Shown: positions 1 to 13,617, numbered from the whole stretch's first letter. The stretch: DNA of 63,698 nucleotides, filler included, from Lama guanicoe (GCA_013239625.1; 200 parts of 200 records of this genome joined end to end with filler, not necessarily neighbours in it); one strand, 5' to 3'. The notes: generated from the sequence alone by a model not told the origin. Numbers and translations are program-made.

Positions 1-263
1 GCAAAGTCTCTTCTGCTTTGGCTTCAAAGGAATGAAAACAGAAATGGCGTTGAAATACCTGTAAAGAGTTAGGTGGTTTGGAAAGCCCCTGTAACCGTTC
101 CTGTCTCCGAGCCTCCTGACCACCCCACACCATTATCACCACTAGCACTACCACCTGATCTCAAGATTCCGAATTGCAAATTGATGTTTGACCATTCTCG
201 TGGACAGTTCATTCACTGTNNNNNNNNNNNNNNNNNNNNNNNNNNNNNNNNNNNNNNNNNNNN

Positions 264-275
264 TTAATTAATTAA
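264..275. other. Synthetic six-frame stop linker TTAATTAATTAA (first of 199 copies)
   Basis: Palindromic 12-mer with TAA in all six frames, always centred in an N gap. It produces the ...XXXLIN endings in the ORF track. Confidence 0.97.
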
Positions 276-745
276 NNNNNNNNNNNNNNNNNNNNNNNNN
301 NNNNNNNNNNNNNNNNNNNATCGTCTATACGGTATCCTTTTTACTAGGACAGAGTACAGATAAATAACAGGGCATAAGAAAGCATTAATAGTGGCTCTTG
401 AAATAGCATTGTAGGCAATTTAAACATTTTTTGTTGTTTTTCACTCTTCTTGTGGTTTCTAACATTTTGAATGTCAGAGTGTAAAATGTTTAAAAGAAAA
501 ATGATCTTAATTGTCGTTGCACCTGAGTAGTAATTTTTNNNNNNNNNNNNNNNNNNNNNNNNNNNNNNNNNNNNNNNNNNNNTTAATTAATTAANNNNNN
601 NNNNNNNNNNNNNNNNNNNNNNNNNNNNNNNNNNNNNNTATCTGGGGTGAGGTCGCAGTCACCCCACCTAACCGTGGGAGTGTCAGCAAGCTGTTTCACC
701 TCTCTGAACTTGTCACTCTGTATTTTAGTTTTTTAATTCCATGTC

Positions 746-857
746 ACTCAATGTGCAACTCTTGAATCAGCAGCAGCGTCACCTGGGGACTTGTTAGAAA
801 TGCAGAAAGTTGAGGCTTTTCCCAGACCTACAGGCTTTGCAGGGGACTTGCTTGCAA
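746..857. mobile_element. MER5-like hAT-Charlie MITE fragment
   Basis: cagcagcagcgtcacctggggacttgttagaaatgcaga resembles the MER5A core. Confidence 0.7.
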
Positions 858-957
858 NNNNNNNNNNNNNNNNNNNNNNNNNNNNNNNNNNNNNNNNNNN
901 NTTAATTAATTAANNNNNNNNNNNNNNNNNNNNNNNNNNNNNNNNNNNNNNNNNNNN

Positions 958-1176
958 GATTATTATCTACTGCTGTGTAACAAACCACCCCAAAATGTCA
1001 TGCCTAGAAACACCAACCCTTTTACTCTTTCTCCTGGTTCTGCCGGCTGACTGGGGCTGGGCTGAGTGGCTCTGCTCACTTGAGATGTCGTGTGTCCGCA
1101 GCCAGATGGCGCCGGGGGCTGGAACCGGTGAGGTGGCTTCACTCACGTGGTGGGTGCCTTAGGCGGAGCGGCAGGA
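958..1176 (-). mobile_element. MaLR (MLT1-type) LTR fragment
   Basis: tatctactgctgtgtaacaaaccaccccaaaa...ctggggctgggctgagtgg is a typical antisense MLT1 LTR end. Confidence 0.7.
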
Positions 1177-1595
1177 NNNNNNNNNNNNNNNNNNNNNNNN
1201 NNNNNNNNNNNNNNNNNNNNTTAATTAATTAANNNNNNNNNNNNNNNNNNNNNNNNNNNNNNNNNNNNNNNNNNNNGGCTGGCTTCTGAAAACAACTCCA
1301 TTCCACTGACAATGGCTACTGGGAATTGTTTCCAAAACCCAGTGCCCCTCTACTACGAAGATGTCTTGGGGCCAAGGGCAGAGGAGGAAAGACCCCGACT
1401 GGCCCTGAACACTGAGGGCCTTGGTCAGCACAGCAACCTGCATCTATGTTTTTTCTTCCAAAGGCTATTTGGAAGAAATATTATTATTCCCATGTNNNNN
1501 NNNNNNNNNNNNNNNNNNNNNNNNNNNNNNNNNNNNNNNTTAATTAATTAANNNNNNNNNNNNNNNNNNNNNNNNNNNNNNNNNNNNNNNNNNNN

Positions 1596-1814
1596 GATTA
1601 ATACAGAAACCCATCCATATGTATACGCTTAATTGATTTGTAACCAAGATGCCAAAGCCATTCAGGGGGAGAAAGAATAATCTTTCAATAAAACAACTGG
1701 ATAGCCACATGGGAAAAAATAATCAGCAACCTTAACCTTAACGATATTTTAAAAAATTCAAAAAAGCTCATAGAGCTTCATAGAAATACAAAAGTTATAA
1801 ATCTTCTGGAAAAA
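1596..1814 (+). mobile_element. Degenerate L1 ORF2 fragment
   Basis: gatgccaaagccattcagggggagaaagaataatctttcaataaa...aactggatagccacatg matches the L1 ORF2 3' region. Confidence 0.75.
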
Positions 1815-2871
1815 NNNNNNNNNNNNNNNNNNNNNNNNNNNNNNNNNNNNNNNNNNNNTTAATTAATTAANNNNNNNNNNNNNNNNNNNNNNNNNNNNNN
1901 NNNNNNNNNNNNNNTACCTCTAAGCAGCTCATACTCTAGAGGGAGGCAGACAAATAGCCACTCCAGAGGTTCTAACTGTGGTGGGTGTTTTGAAGGGCAG
2001 CAACATTTTATTGTCACGGCCGCTGGAGATGAAGAAAGGCTTCCTTGAAGATGCACTGCTTCAACTGCAACCTGAAGCTGACCGGGGGAAAAGGGAGGGA
2101 AGAGTGTGCAGGGAGAGGGAACGGCTTGTGCGGNNNNNNNNNNNNNNNNNNNNNNNNNNNNNNNNNNNNNNNNNNNNTTAATTAATTAANNNNNNNNNNN
2201 NNNNNNNNNNNNNNNNNNNNNNNNNNNNNNNNNGGCTGTGCCGCACAGATGACCGCCCGCTCTCCCGTCTGCCATCCCCTGCTCTGGTGGCTTCCCTGCA
2301 TTTACACCCCACCTGGCCCTGATGGGAGCGGATAATCCCAGTTCTGGGTGGGAAGTGGGGAGGCGGAGGGGCTCTCTTCTGTCTTCTGTGGATGGTGGGG
2401 ACGCGTCTTCCTTCCTGGCCGTGCCCTACTGCGCTCTCTCTCCGGAGCCCTCNNNNNNNNNNNNNNNNNNNNNNNNNNNNNNNNNNNNNNNNNNNNTTAA
2501 TTAATTAANNNNNNNNNNNNNNNNNNNNNNNNNNNNNNNNNNNNNNNNNNNNGTTAACCTTCTCTCGATTGTGCAAAACTGACAACCCTGCGCCCACACC
2601 TCCTCACTTCCCCAGAGTGGAAATACCCCTGCTTGCCTGCGTCCCCGTCTCAGAGAGAAGGAATGAGCTTTACTAGTGCTTCTCTGATTCATCCACCAGA
2701 GTAAGTGCGGTGTAGCTGCTGGAGCCAAAGCCATTTTTTAAAACAGGTTTTTGAGGTATAATTCACTTACCNNNNNNNNNNNNNNNNNNNNNNNNNNNNN
2801 NNNNNNNNNNNNNNNTTAATTAATTAANNNNNNNNNNNNNNNNNNNNNNNNNNNNNNNNNNNNNNNNNNNN

Positions 2872-3090
2872 CATAGATTAATTGACCATATGTGCATGGG
2901 TTTATTTCTGGACTTTCTATTTCTGTTCCATTAATCTGTGTGTTTGTTTTTGTGCCAGTACCATATTGTTTTGATTACGGTAGCTTTGTGATATAGTCTG
3001 AAGTCAGGGCACATGATTCCTCCAGCTCCATTCTTTTTTTTCAAGATTGTTTGGCTATTTGGGGTCTTTCGTGTTTCCATACAAATTTTA
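2872..3090 (-). mobile_element. L1 ORF2 fragment (antisense)
   Basis: gtgccagtaccatattgttttgattacggtagctttgtgatatagtctgaagtcaggg is the reverse complement of the LPDFRLYYKATVIKTVWYW region. Confidence 0.9.
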
Positions 3091-3538
3091 NNNNNNNNNN
3101 NNNNNNNNNNNNNNNNNNNNNNNNNNNNNNNNNNTTAATTAATTAANNNNNNNNNNNNNNNNNNNNNNNNNNNNNNNNNNNNNNNNNNNNGAGAAGGGAG
3201 GACACGCGGTGGTGATGCGGGAGGAGCAGGGAAGATGGAGAGGGGGCAGGGGCTACAGGGACGGTCTGTGCTTCACCGTCCGACAAGAACCCCATTATTT
3301 TAAAAGATCAAAAAATCAGCTCCAGAGAATGAAAATCAGGATGACAACACAGAGCCAGGCATAGAGGCTTAAGGCTGCTCCAGAAGGCCTACATCACAGT
3401 CACCTCCTTNNNNNNNNNNNNNNNNNNNNNNNNNNNNNNNNNNNNNNNNNNNNTTAATTAATTAANNNNNNNNNNNNNNNNNNNNNNNNNNNNNNNNNNN
3501 NNNNNNNNNTCTTGTAAATAAAGTCAGTTGAGCTATAC

Positions 3539-3721
<183 letters not shown>

Positions 3722-6061
3722 TCATGCCNNNNNNNNNNNNNNNNNNNNNNNNNNNNNNNNNNNNNNNNNNNNTTAATTAATTAANNNNNNNNNNNNNNNN
3801 NNNNNNNNNNNNNNNNNNNNNNNNNNNNCTGAAGCTCCCCGGAGCTCAAAGTCCAAGTCTGGTTTAGTTAGCAGAATGTCGAATGAGAAACCAACCAACC
3901 AACCAACGAGTGAGGGATTGCCTGGAGAATCCGGGACTCTGGACGAGAATGCGCTCGTTTCTCAGTGCCTAGGGAGTGTCGCCGAGAGACTAAGCGAGGA
4001 CAGACGGGGCGGTTTTCTGCTTCTCTGAGGGCCCACAGGAAACCCCCNNNNNNNNNNNNNNNNNNNNNNNNNNNNNNNNNNNNNNNNNNNNTTAATTAAT
4101 TAANNNNNNNNNNNNNNNNNNNNNNNNNNNNNNNNNNNNNNNNNNNNACTTATCCACAAATAACATATTGAGAGTTTAGAAGGCCTTTATTCCTAACAAA
4201 TTATAAGTCAGTTTGGGTAAAATGTTATTATATTTCCTTTTCAACAATGATTCTTAAAGTACTAGAAGTACACCAATGCACTGCATAAAACAAGGTTGAT
4301 CAGACATGCAGTTTACAAATTCAGTGTTGATTATCCTGAAGGAAATGTTCAGAATGATCATTTTATNNNNNNNNNNNNNNNNNNNNNNNNNNNNNNNNNN
4401 NNNNNNNNNNTTAATTAATTAANNNNNNNNNNNNNNNNNNNNNNNNNNNNNNNNNNNNNNNNNNNNAAGTAGTAGTTATCTTACAGGACACCGCTGTGAT
4501 GCTTAAATGAAAAGCTATGCAAAGTGTCTGGCAGTTCCTTGCACAAAATAACAGCTCGATAATTGTTAGATAATGTTGTAACTGTTACCGTTACTATTTT
4601 ACAAAAACAACATTTCAATTAAGTAAAATGATAACGTATCTACTTTGCTGCTGCAAGGATGAGAGAGAACACTGTACTTCAATGANNNNNNNNNNNNNNN
4701 NNNNNNNNNNNNNNNNNNNNNNNNNNNNNTTAATTAATTAANNNNNNNNNNNNNNNNNNNNNNNNNNNNNNNNNNNNNNNNNNNNGTGTTACGGCTATTA
4801 AATCAGGATCAAATCAACACTGAGGATCGACAGCAGCAGTGCCAGTGCAGGGGAAGAAAGTGCAAAACGATGCTTAGTGATGATAAGAGGAACTGGGAAA
4901 GAGACCTCCAGCCGTGCGTGCCTGAGGGTGCGCTGGCGGGCGCAGGACTGGAGGTGCACTGGGAAACCAGCTGGAGGATGTGCGTTCATTTGCTTGAGCC
5001 GCCANNNNNNNNNNNNNNNNNNNNNNNNNNNNNNNNNNNNNNNNNNNNTTAATTAATTAANNNNNNNNNNNNNNNNNNNNNNNNNNNNNNNNNNNNNNNN
5101 NNNNGCTTATCAAATTAGCAACCTAATTAACTAGATATACTGCCGCATGTATAGGGATTGAGCTGAAATGAAACGTTAAGGCTCTATCTTTACCCTTACT
5201 CTCTGCTTCCCTCCTAAGCAGATTTCTTCTGATACGACCACAAAAGTATTGCTCTTTTCCAGTCTCTTCTCTCTTTTATAATTACTTTGACTTAATTTTC
5301 ATGGGCATGATGGCAAAAAGGCANNNNNNNNNNNNNNNNNNNNNNNNNNNNNNNNNNNNNNNNNNNNTTAATTAATTAANNNNNNNNNNNNNNNNNNNNN
5401 NNNNNNNNNNNNNNNNNNNNNNNGGGCCCTCATGCCCACACTCAGCCCTGGAAGAGAGGTCCCTGTGAGAGACTCGCCCTGAATCCTGAGCAGAACCTTC
5501 CCTTCCCCGAGCATCCTGAGCCCCGGGGTCTCCTGACAGAGCAGGCCTCCTCCCCGACCAGGACCGCCCTCCCCTCCTCAATCTCACCGAGAAAGAGCAG
5601 GGCCGTGAGCGTGGGGGTCATGGCGCCTCCTCCCTGTGGTGCNNNNNNNNNNNNNNNNNNNNNNNNNNNNNNNNNNNNNNNNNNNNTTAATTAATTAANN
5701 NNNNNNNNNNNNNNNNNNNNNNNNNNNNNNNNNNNNNNNNNNTAGTCACTAATTTCTTAATCAACAAAATGTTATAAATACAGAGATCTCCGTTCTCCTT
5801 TTCATCTAGAAGAACACCTCTACCTAAAATCATTTGGGATGGGGGAGCCTGTTAAAAAACAAATCTCAGTTCTTTCCGGAATCCAGTTTTTCATCTTTCA
5901 AATATGTCCCCCGGCCCCTGCCTCCTTCAACCAGACCTCTCCACCTTAGCCCCAAAAATCCNNNNNNNNNNNNNNNNNNNNNNNNNNNNNNNNNNNNNNN
6001 NNNNNTTAATTAATTAANNNNNNNNNNNNNNNNNNNNNNNNNNNNNNNNNNNNNNNNNNNN

Positions 6062-6280
6062 TACACACACAAAGAATTAAAAAACAAAGATGTCTTGCCA
6101 TTTGGGACAATATGGTTATAGATGATACAGATCTGGAGGGTGTTATACTTAGCACATTAAGTCAGACAAGGTAAGACAAATATTGTATGTTTTCACTTAT
6201 ATGTGAAATGTAAAAAGCAAAACATATGTATAAATTTAACAAAACAGAAAGACAACAGATATGGGAACAAATTTGTGGTG
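6062..6280 (+). mobile_element. L1 ORF2 end / 3' UTR fragment
   Basis: tcttgccatttgggacaatatgg...gatctggagggtgttatacttag...taagtcagacaag...agacaaatattgtatgttttcacttatatgtg. Confidence 0.85.
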
Positions 6281-6699
6281 NNNNNNNNNNNNNNNNNNNN
6301 NNNNNNNNNNNNNNNNNNNNNNNNTTAATTAATTAANNNNNNNNNNNNNNNNNNNNNNNNNNNNNNNNNNNNNNNNNNNNAGAATTCCTTCATTGTCATG
6401 ATCTTGTACACCCGAGGCCACAAAATCCTTACCAGGAACCCTCTCTGGCTGAGAGCTTGCTTTCTAGAGGGCAGTGGGGCTGGCTTTTAGCTTGAGGGCA
6501 GCCGTCTCAGCTGCCAAGCTCTGTTGGCCCAGGTCAGAGGAAAGGGGCCCGGCTGTCCCTAGGCACTGAGCCTGGGTTTTTAATGAGGCCACTTAGGATN
6601 NNNNNNNNNNNNNNNNNNNNNNNNNNNNNNNNNNNNNNNNNNNTTAATTAATTAANNNNNNNNNNNNNNNNNNNNNNNNNNNNNNNNNNNNNNNNNNNN

Positions 6700-6918
6700 A
6701 AAAGACCCCAAATAGCCAAAACAATCTTGAGAAAGAAGAACAGAGCTGAGGGAATCATGCTTCCTGATTTCAGACTACACTACAAGGCTATAGTAATCAA
6801 AACAATGTGGTACTGGCAGAAAAAACAGACACATAAATCAATGGAACAGGATAGAATGTCCAGAAACAAACCTATGTACTTATGGTCAATTAATCTATGA
6901 CAAAAGAAGCAAGAATAT
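6700..6918 (+). mobile_element. L1 ORF2 fragment
   Basis: Translates [40 protein letters not shown], a canonical L1 ORF2 motif. Confidence 0.92.
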
Positions 6919-7975
6919 NNNNNNNNNNNNNNNNNNNNNNNNNNNNNNNNNNNNNNNNNNNNTTAATTAATTAANNNNNNNNNNNNNNNNNNNNNNNNNN
7001 NNNNNNNNNNNNNNNNNNCCACAGCAAAAGCTAAGAAAGGCTTGAGAATATAAATATGGTATGTATACTGAGGCTAAGTCAAACCTGACGGGTCAGAAGA
7101 CCGTTTCAGAGTGTTTTATGGGGTCAAGTGTAATCACTGACCTCAAACACTCCTGTCTCTCAAGAGAATCTCTTCACAAAACATCCAAACAAAACGCAAG
7201 AGGCAGGTCCGACGCACAGCAGACACCCGTCCACACTNNNNNNNNNNNNNNNNNNNNNNNNNNNNNNNNNNNNNNNNNNNNTTAATTAATTAANNNNNNN
7301 NNNNNNNNNNNNNNNNNNNNNNNNNNNNNNNNNNNNNCAAGACAAATGGAAGTGGGGATAAGCATAATGGAAAATATATTAACATATAGAATACTTAAAA
7401 TCCACACAAACACTCCAACAATGTATTTGTGTGACTTTGTTGCTGGGCTGGACCACTTTAATGAGTTTGTCAGCGCCTCCACTACTCCTTCCACACGCTG
7501 GGGGCATGGCAGGGCCCCGCTCCAAGCTACACTGCACTTCAGATTTTACGTCAGTCNNNNNNNNNNNNNNNNNNNNNNNNNNNNNNNNNNNNNNNNNNNN
7601 TTAATTAATTAANNNNNNNNNNNNNNNNNNNNNNNNNNNNNNNNNNNNNNNNNNNNTTTATATTTTTAATATTTTAAACCACTTTAAAATTGAGCTCATG
7701 TATATTCATATGACTTAGCAATCAGAATAAAGAATTGAGACCATGTGTGTCAACATGACTCAATTTATTTCTTCTATGAAATTCTTCTCCAGGAAGATAA
7801 GACTGTAAACCAAAAAATAACTTCACTTTAAGTTTCCAGCAATTCCTATTAAAATTATCTGCATAGAGTTTTCTCNNNNNNNNNNNNNNNNNNNNNNNNN
7901 NNNNNNNNNNNNNNNNNNNTTAATTAATTAANNNNNNNNNNNNNNNNNNNNNNNNNNNNNNNNNNNNNNNNNNNN

Positions 7976-8194
7976 ACCTGGAATATCCTGAACCTCGTCA
8001 TTTAGGAGTTATCATGGAGATTCAGTGACATAGGTATCATTGATTAAATCATCGACCATCGGTGATTAGACACAACCATGGAGGTGGGAGTGGGAGTGCT
8101 GAAAGTTCCAAACTTCCAGTCACAGGGCTGGTTCCTCTAGTCACGGGCCCCCATTCTGAAGCCACCTAGGGGTCCATCCAGCAAGAGTCACCTT
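7976..8194. mobile_element. ERV LTR fragment (MER21-like)
   Basis: gacataggtatcattgattaaatcatcgaccatcggtgatt...gctgaaagttccaaacttccagtcac resembles MER21-family LTRs. Confidence 0.55.
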
Positions 8195-9570
8195 NNNNNN
8201 NNNNNNNNNNNNNNNNNNNNNNNNNNNNNNNNNNNNNNTTAATTAATTAANNNNNNNNNNNNNNNNNNNNNNNNNNNNNNNNNNNNNNNNNNNNAGAATT
8301 TTGAAACTAATTTTATTAAATTTTGAGTAGTGAGTCCATTTTACTTTTTTACCTTTGAATAGAACTTGCCTTAGTTTTTATTTTCATGCCATGAGTACAA
8401 TCCAGCTCTGGCCTCATAAAACTGACTTTAACTTTTCCAAACTGAATGTCAGGTTATGACCCAGGTCACTACTCGAGGATTAGATCTGTTTCTAATACAA
8501 GTCATCTTAAATCNNNNNNNNNNNNNNNNNNNNNNNNNNNNNNNNNNNNNNNNNNNNTTAATTAATTAANNNNNNNNNNNNNNNNNNNNNNNNNNNNNNN
8601 NNNNNNNNNNNNNTTAAATGGGATCATTAAACAGGACCAATTACACCAGATATGATTATGTCAATGAAGGTAAGTAGGGAGATAATTTAACCACTATGCA
8701 GGCTTCCCTGTATTCTCTCATTATTTCAAATCCCAACATGAGAAGAGACAAATAGGGTTCCAATGGGAAAGTTAGCATGTCACCACTCCAAACACTCTGT
8801 TCCACAAAGACCCAGACTGAAACTGTGTGTCGNNNNNNNNNNNNNNNNNNNNNNNNNNNNNNNNNNNNNNNNNNNNTTAATTAATTAANNNNNNNNNNNN
8901 NNNNNNNNNNNNNNNNNNNNNNNNNNNNNNNNTCGGGGATGCCAGCACCCCAGCTTCCTGACTCCACCCTGCACGGTCCAGGAGGGCACCCCAGGGAACG
9001 CTCATGAAACTGTTAGGCATCCGCAGTCTCTGGGGAGGGCGTCACGGCGGTGGTGCGCCTTCTCCAGCCTCAAGAAAAGGGTCGGGTGAGAAGAAGTCAC
9101 CGGAAGGCAGCGTCTTGCACCACTCTGCTAGGAAAGAGGTTGGTGGGGCTTNNNNNNNNNNNNNNNNNNNNNNNNNNNNNNNNNNNNNNNNNNNNTTAAT
9201 TAATTAANNNNNNNNNNNNNNNNNNNNNNNNNNNNNNNNNNNNNNNNNNNNCATGTTATTTCATTTTGATTTTTTCTTAATATCTTTATAACAGATTGCT
9301 TACTATTCAACTTTAATAAAATGTGTCTATATATACATAGACAGACATGCAAATATTAATTTGGGTAGCTTTTGTATAATTATTAATAATCAACCAATCA
9401 AAATTCAGAAACTCACAACACTAAGCGTTACCTTGAATATTCACAGATGCTCCTGTTAACAATGGTTTGCNNNNNNNNNNNNNNNNNNNNNNNNNNNNNN
9501 NNNNNNNNNNNNNNTTAATTAATTAANNNNNNNNNNNNNNNNNNNNNNNNNNNNNNNNNNNNNNNNNNNN

Positions 9571-9789
9571 GCATGACACTGTGGAGCCCATAAAAACTGA
9601 CAGCCCCACGCCTCGTGGCTGCTCTCCCTTCTGAGTGAGGTGGACCACACTGTCCACGGAGTGTGTATTAACTTTAAACTGAGCACCCAACTCCCATACC
9701 TCGTGGCCTTTCTCTTGCCTTCTGAGACAGTCTGCACTCACTCTGGAGTAGGTATCTCTGAATAAATCTACCTCTACTCAACTGTGGCT
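9571..9789 (+). mobile_element. ERV LTR R/U5-like fragment
   Basis: cataaaaactg TATA-like box and tctctgaataaatctacctctactcaactgtggct polyA region; LTR-like layout. Confidence 0.6.
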
Positions 9790-10916
9790 NNNNNNNNNNN
9801 NNNNNNNNNNNNNNNNNNNNNNNNNNNNNNNNNTTAATTAATTAANNNNNNNNNNNNNNNNNNNNNNNNNNNNNNNNNNNNNNNNNNNNCTTGATTACTG
9901 TCAAGTGCAAATTTAGCACAAGTTTTGTTCAGTATGCTATTTCCTAAACAATCAGTTTCAGAGATTTAGCAAGGTAATAAAAAATTAATCAGCTTGGAGA
10001 TCAATGAAAACATTGCTCCTGGAAATAGATTGACTGGGACATAGTACTGAGTGAACTTATTTAGCAAAGTAAAAGATACTGGAAGGATTCTAAACCCATG
10101 TCAGGAGGNNNNNNNNNNNNNNNNNNNNNNNNNNNNNNNNNNNNNNNNNNNNTTAATTAATTAANNNNNNNNNNNNNNNNNNNNNNNNNNNNNNNNNNNN
10201 NNNNNNNNACATGTAAAAGAAATACAGTGGATTGGCACAACATTGTAAACTGATTATGCTTCAATAAAAATACATATACCAAAGAAAACCAAAAAAAAGT
10301 ACCACGGGAGGACACGCAGGCTCGACGAAGCACAGAAGATGCAGGAAATCTGGCAAACAAGACAGGGAAGGACATTTCGGCCACAGGAAACTGCATGTCC
10401 AAAGGCATGGAGTCAGGAAAGGGCATGNNNNNNNNNNNNNNNNNNNNNNNNNNNNNNNNNNNNNNNNNNNNTTAATTAATTAANNNNNNNNNNNNNNNNN
10501 NNNNNNNNNNNNNNNNNNNNNNNNNNNTCTTTTTGACAACTACACTTTTATTACTTTTACTCTTTAGCTCACTTACCTTCTTTTCCCCTCATCGCTTTTC
10601 CTAAGTATCCTCCAAGGAAAAGAAAATGTTTTTATTGAGGCTAAAATATGGATATCAGAAGGTATTTGGCTGCCAGCTAATTCCCACCCAGGAAAGAGTT
10701 TAGTGGCTCAAGTAACAAAATGTTATGTGTACTCAGGACAACTTCCNNNNNNNNNNNNNNNNNNNNNNNNNNNNNNNNNNNNNNNNNNNNTTAATTAATT
10801 AANNNNNNNNNNNNNNNNNNNNNNNNNNNNNNNNNNNNNNNNNNNNAACAGTTTACCTCCAAAAGATCGACTGCATCCAAACAAACTGCTCTATTCTTAC
10901 TACCGCTGCCATCTTT

Positions 10917-10994
10917 AAAGGCCTTCCTGACCCTTATTTGGGAAAGGCCTTCCTGACCCTTATTTGGAAAAGGCCTTCCTGACCCTTATTTGGA
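10917..10994. repeat. Tandem triplication of 26-bp unit AAAGGCCTTCCTGACCCTTATTTGGR
   Basis: Copies at 10917-10942, 10943-10968 and 10969-10994 differ only at the last base. Confidence 0.95.
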
Positions 10995-11863
10995 ATCACT
11001 GCGGTAGCCTTCTGATTCATCTTTCCACTTGGACCTCTCCTTCTTCAGTCCACTCTGTTTATATCNNNNNNNNNNNNNNNNNNNNNNNNNNNNNNNNNNN
11101 NNNNNNNNNTTAATTAATTAANNNNNNNNNNNNNNNNNNNNNNNNNNNNNNNNNNNNNNNNNNNNGTACAAAGGCCCCACTCCAGGCTGGGACACACTAT
11201 GTTTTAAAGGCTCCAAGATGCTTCCCATGTGCAGAAGGGTGAGAGCTACCCATATACACCTCTTCTCATGAGCTTGTCCACTCACACACATTAGCCTCTT
11301 GAAACAGGAAAACTACTTGGCTCAGCCCAGAACTTTCTCCCGATTTCTAGACTTTTATTTGCCTACTAGACATCTCTCCTGGAGNNNNNNNNNNNNNNNN
11401 NNNNNNNNNNNNNNNNNNNNNNNNNNNNTTAATTAATTAANNNNNNNNNNNNNNNNNNNNNNNNNNNNNNNNNNNNNNNNNNNNTGTTAGTAAACGGGCT
11501 GGGAACAGCTCAAGGCTGGAGCCTGTGGCGGCCACAGGGGTGTTCTGCTCAGCCTCCCTCCCAGACAGACCCTGCTTTGAGGAGCAGCATCGTGAGCTGA
11601 CAGCTTCCAGCTGCTGCACCTTCGGGACCCACCCTGAGGCATGCTCCCCCGGCGCTGCCTCCAGGACAGGGGGTACCACGTGCCTGACTCAGGACAAGGG
11701 GCANNNNNNNNNNNNNNNNNNNNNNNNNNNNNNNNNNNNNNNNNNNNTTAATTAATTAANNNNNNNNNNNNNNNNNNNNNNNNNNNNNNNNNNNNNNNNN
11801 NNNCTTGGGCAAGTGCAGATGCAGGGGTGCCATTCCCCCACCCGGCGTGGAGCCCTGACACAC

Positions 11864-12022
11864 AGTAATAGCTAGGATTTATTTAGCAAATACATGGCTT
11901 TCATTGTGTGCCAGGTACTGCTCTGAGGACTTTCCAAGTACTAATTTTCATTTCACGTTCACAACAGCCCCACAAAGGACTATTATTATTTCTACTTCAC
12001 AGATAAGGAAATTGGGAGGTTG
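11864..12022 (-). mobile_element. MIR SINE fragment
   Basis: gtgccaggtactgctctgagg...tcacaacagccc...attatttctacttcacagataaggaaattgggagg. Confidence 0.75.
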
Positions 12023-12441
12023 NNNNNNNNNNNNNNNNNNNNNNNNNNNNNNNNNNNNNNNNNNNNTTAATTAATTAANNNNNNNNNNNNNNNNNNNNNN
12101 NNNNNNNNNNNNNNNNNNNNNNAAAAAAAAAGAAGAAGAAGAAACAAACATGCTGAGAAAATGGTGATTCCCAAACTCACTGGGTTTTGCCGTGAAAATA
12201 TAGTTGCAAAGAAAAAAAAATACTTAGGGTGTATTGATGGGGTGGGGGGATCTTGTGGTTTAGCTTTTTCAAGTACTGTCATTTCTATGTTTACTTTTCT
12301 CTTTAGAAGTCCTTTTCCCTTTAGTTACAGGTGTCTCTCAANNNNNNNNNNNNNNNNNNNNNNNNNNNNNNNNNNNNNNNNNNNNTTAATTAATTAANNN
12401 NNNNNNNNNNNNNNNNNNNNNNNNNNNNNNNNNNNNNNNNN

Positions 12442-13298
12442 TATAGAGAAAAAAGACTGAGAGGTTAAGCAATTTGTCCGAAATCATGTGGCTCATAAGT
12501 GGACTAGCCAGGATTTAAGTGGTGACCCTGAGATCTCAGCTAAGGCCTTTAACATTTACACAGCATTGATTTCAAACTGAGGCTTTGAGGAGGAGCCAAG
12601 GAAGGCTGAAAACATTCATACAACATAGGATCATATTTTAAAATAGCTCTCACTCCTCAANNNNNNNNNNNNNNNNNNNNNNNNNNNNNNNNNNNNNNNN
12701 NNNNTTAATTAATTAANNNNNNNNNNNNNNNNNNNNNNNNNNNNNNNNNNNNNNNNNNNNGATTACTCTGCATTTTATAACAATAGATAAGTAATGAGAT
12801 ATCTTAATTGTCCCCTAATATTTTATTTATATATATATATAAATCAGAAACCCTTGAATATATTTAGTGTATATATATATGTATATATAAATCAGAAACC
12901 CTTGAATCAAATATACTATATAACTAACTGCATTTCCTAGGGTGGTGTTAAAATGTATTGAAGACCATTTGCAGCAGGCNNNNNNNNNNNNNNNNNNNNN
13001 NNNNNNNNNNNNNNNNNNNNNNNTTAATTAATTAANNNNNNNNNNNNNNNNNNNNNNNNNNNNNNNNNNNNNNNNNNNNTATAGAGAAAAAAGACTGAGA
13101 GGTTAAGCAATTTGTCCGAAATCATGTGACTCATAAGTGGACTAGCCAGGATTTAAGCGGTGACCCTGAGATCTCAGCTAAGGCCTTTAACATTTACACA
13201 GTATTGATTTCAAACTGAGGCTTTGAGGAGGAGCCAAGGAAGGCTGAATACATTCATACAACATAGGATCATATTTTAAAATAGCTCTCACTCCTCAA
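12442..13298. repeat. Bubble pair A: contigs 12442-12660 and 13080-13298 are near-identical
   Basis: 4 substitutions; first at offset 50, last at offset 170; 49 identical bp at each end. Confidence 0.95.
12834..12907. repeat. Local duplication of TATATATAAATCAGAAACCCTTGAAT in a (TA)n context, 48-bp offset
   Basis: Copies at 12834-12859 and 12882-12907. Confidence 0.85.
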
Positions 13299-13398
13299 NN
13301 NNNNNNNNNNNNNNNNNNNNNNNNNNNNNNNNNNNNNNNNNNTTAATTAATTAANNNNNNNNNNNNNNNNNNNNNNNNNNNNNNNNNNNNNNNNNNNN

Positions 13399-13617
13399 TT
13401 CAGGTGAGAGATGATGGCAGAAGTGAGAGTGGTAACCAGACAGAGTGAGAGAATTGGTTATGTTCTGAATATGAATGAAGATGTGCCCAATGGATTTGAG
13501 GATAGGGACACATAAAGTTTGAAAGAAAGAGTGGTATCAAGGGTTAATTTGAAATTTTGGCAAAACAGTGGAGCTGCCATCGACTGATACAAGGAAGATT
13601 GAAAGAGAAATAGTTTT
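13399..13617. mobile_element. L2 LINE fragment
   Basis: caggtgagagatgatggcag...aatggatttgaggat...gaaagagtggtatcaagggttaattt...gagctgccatcgactgatac. Confidence 0.65.
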
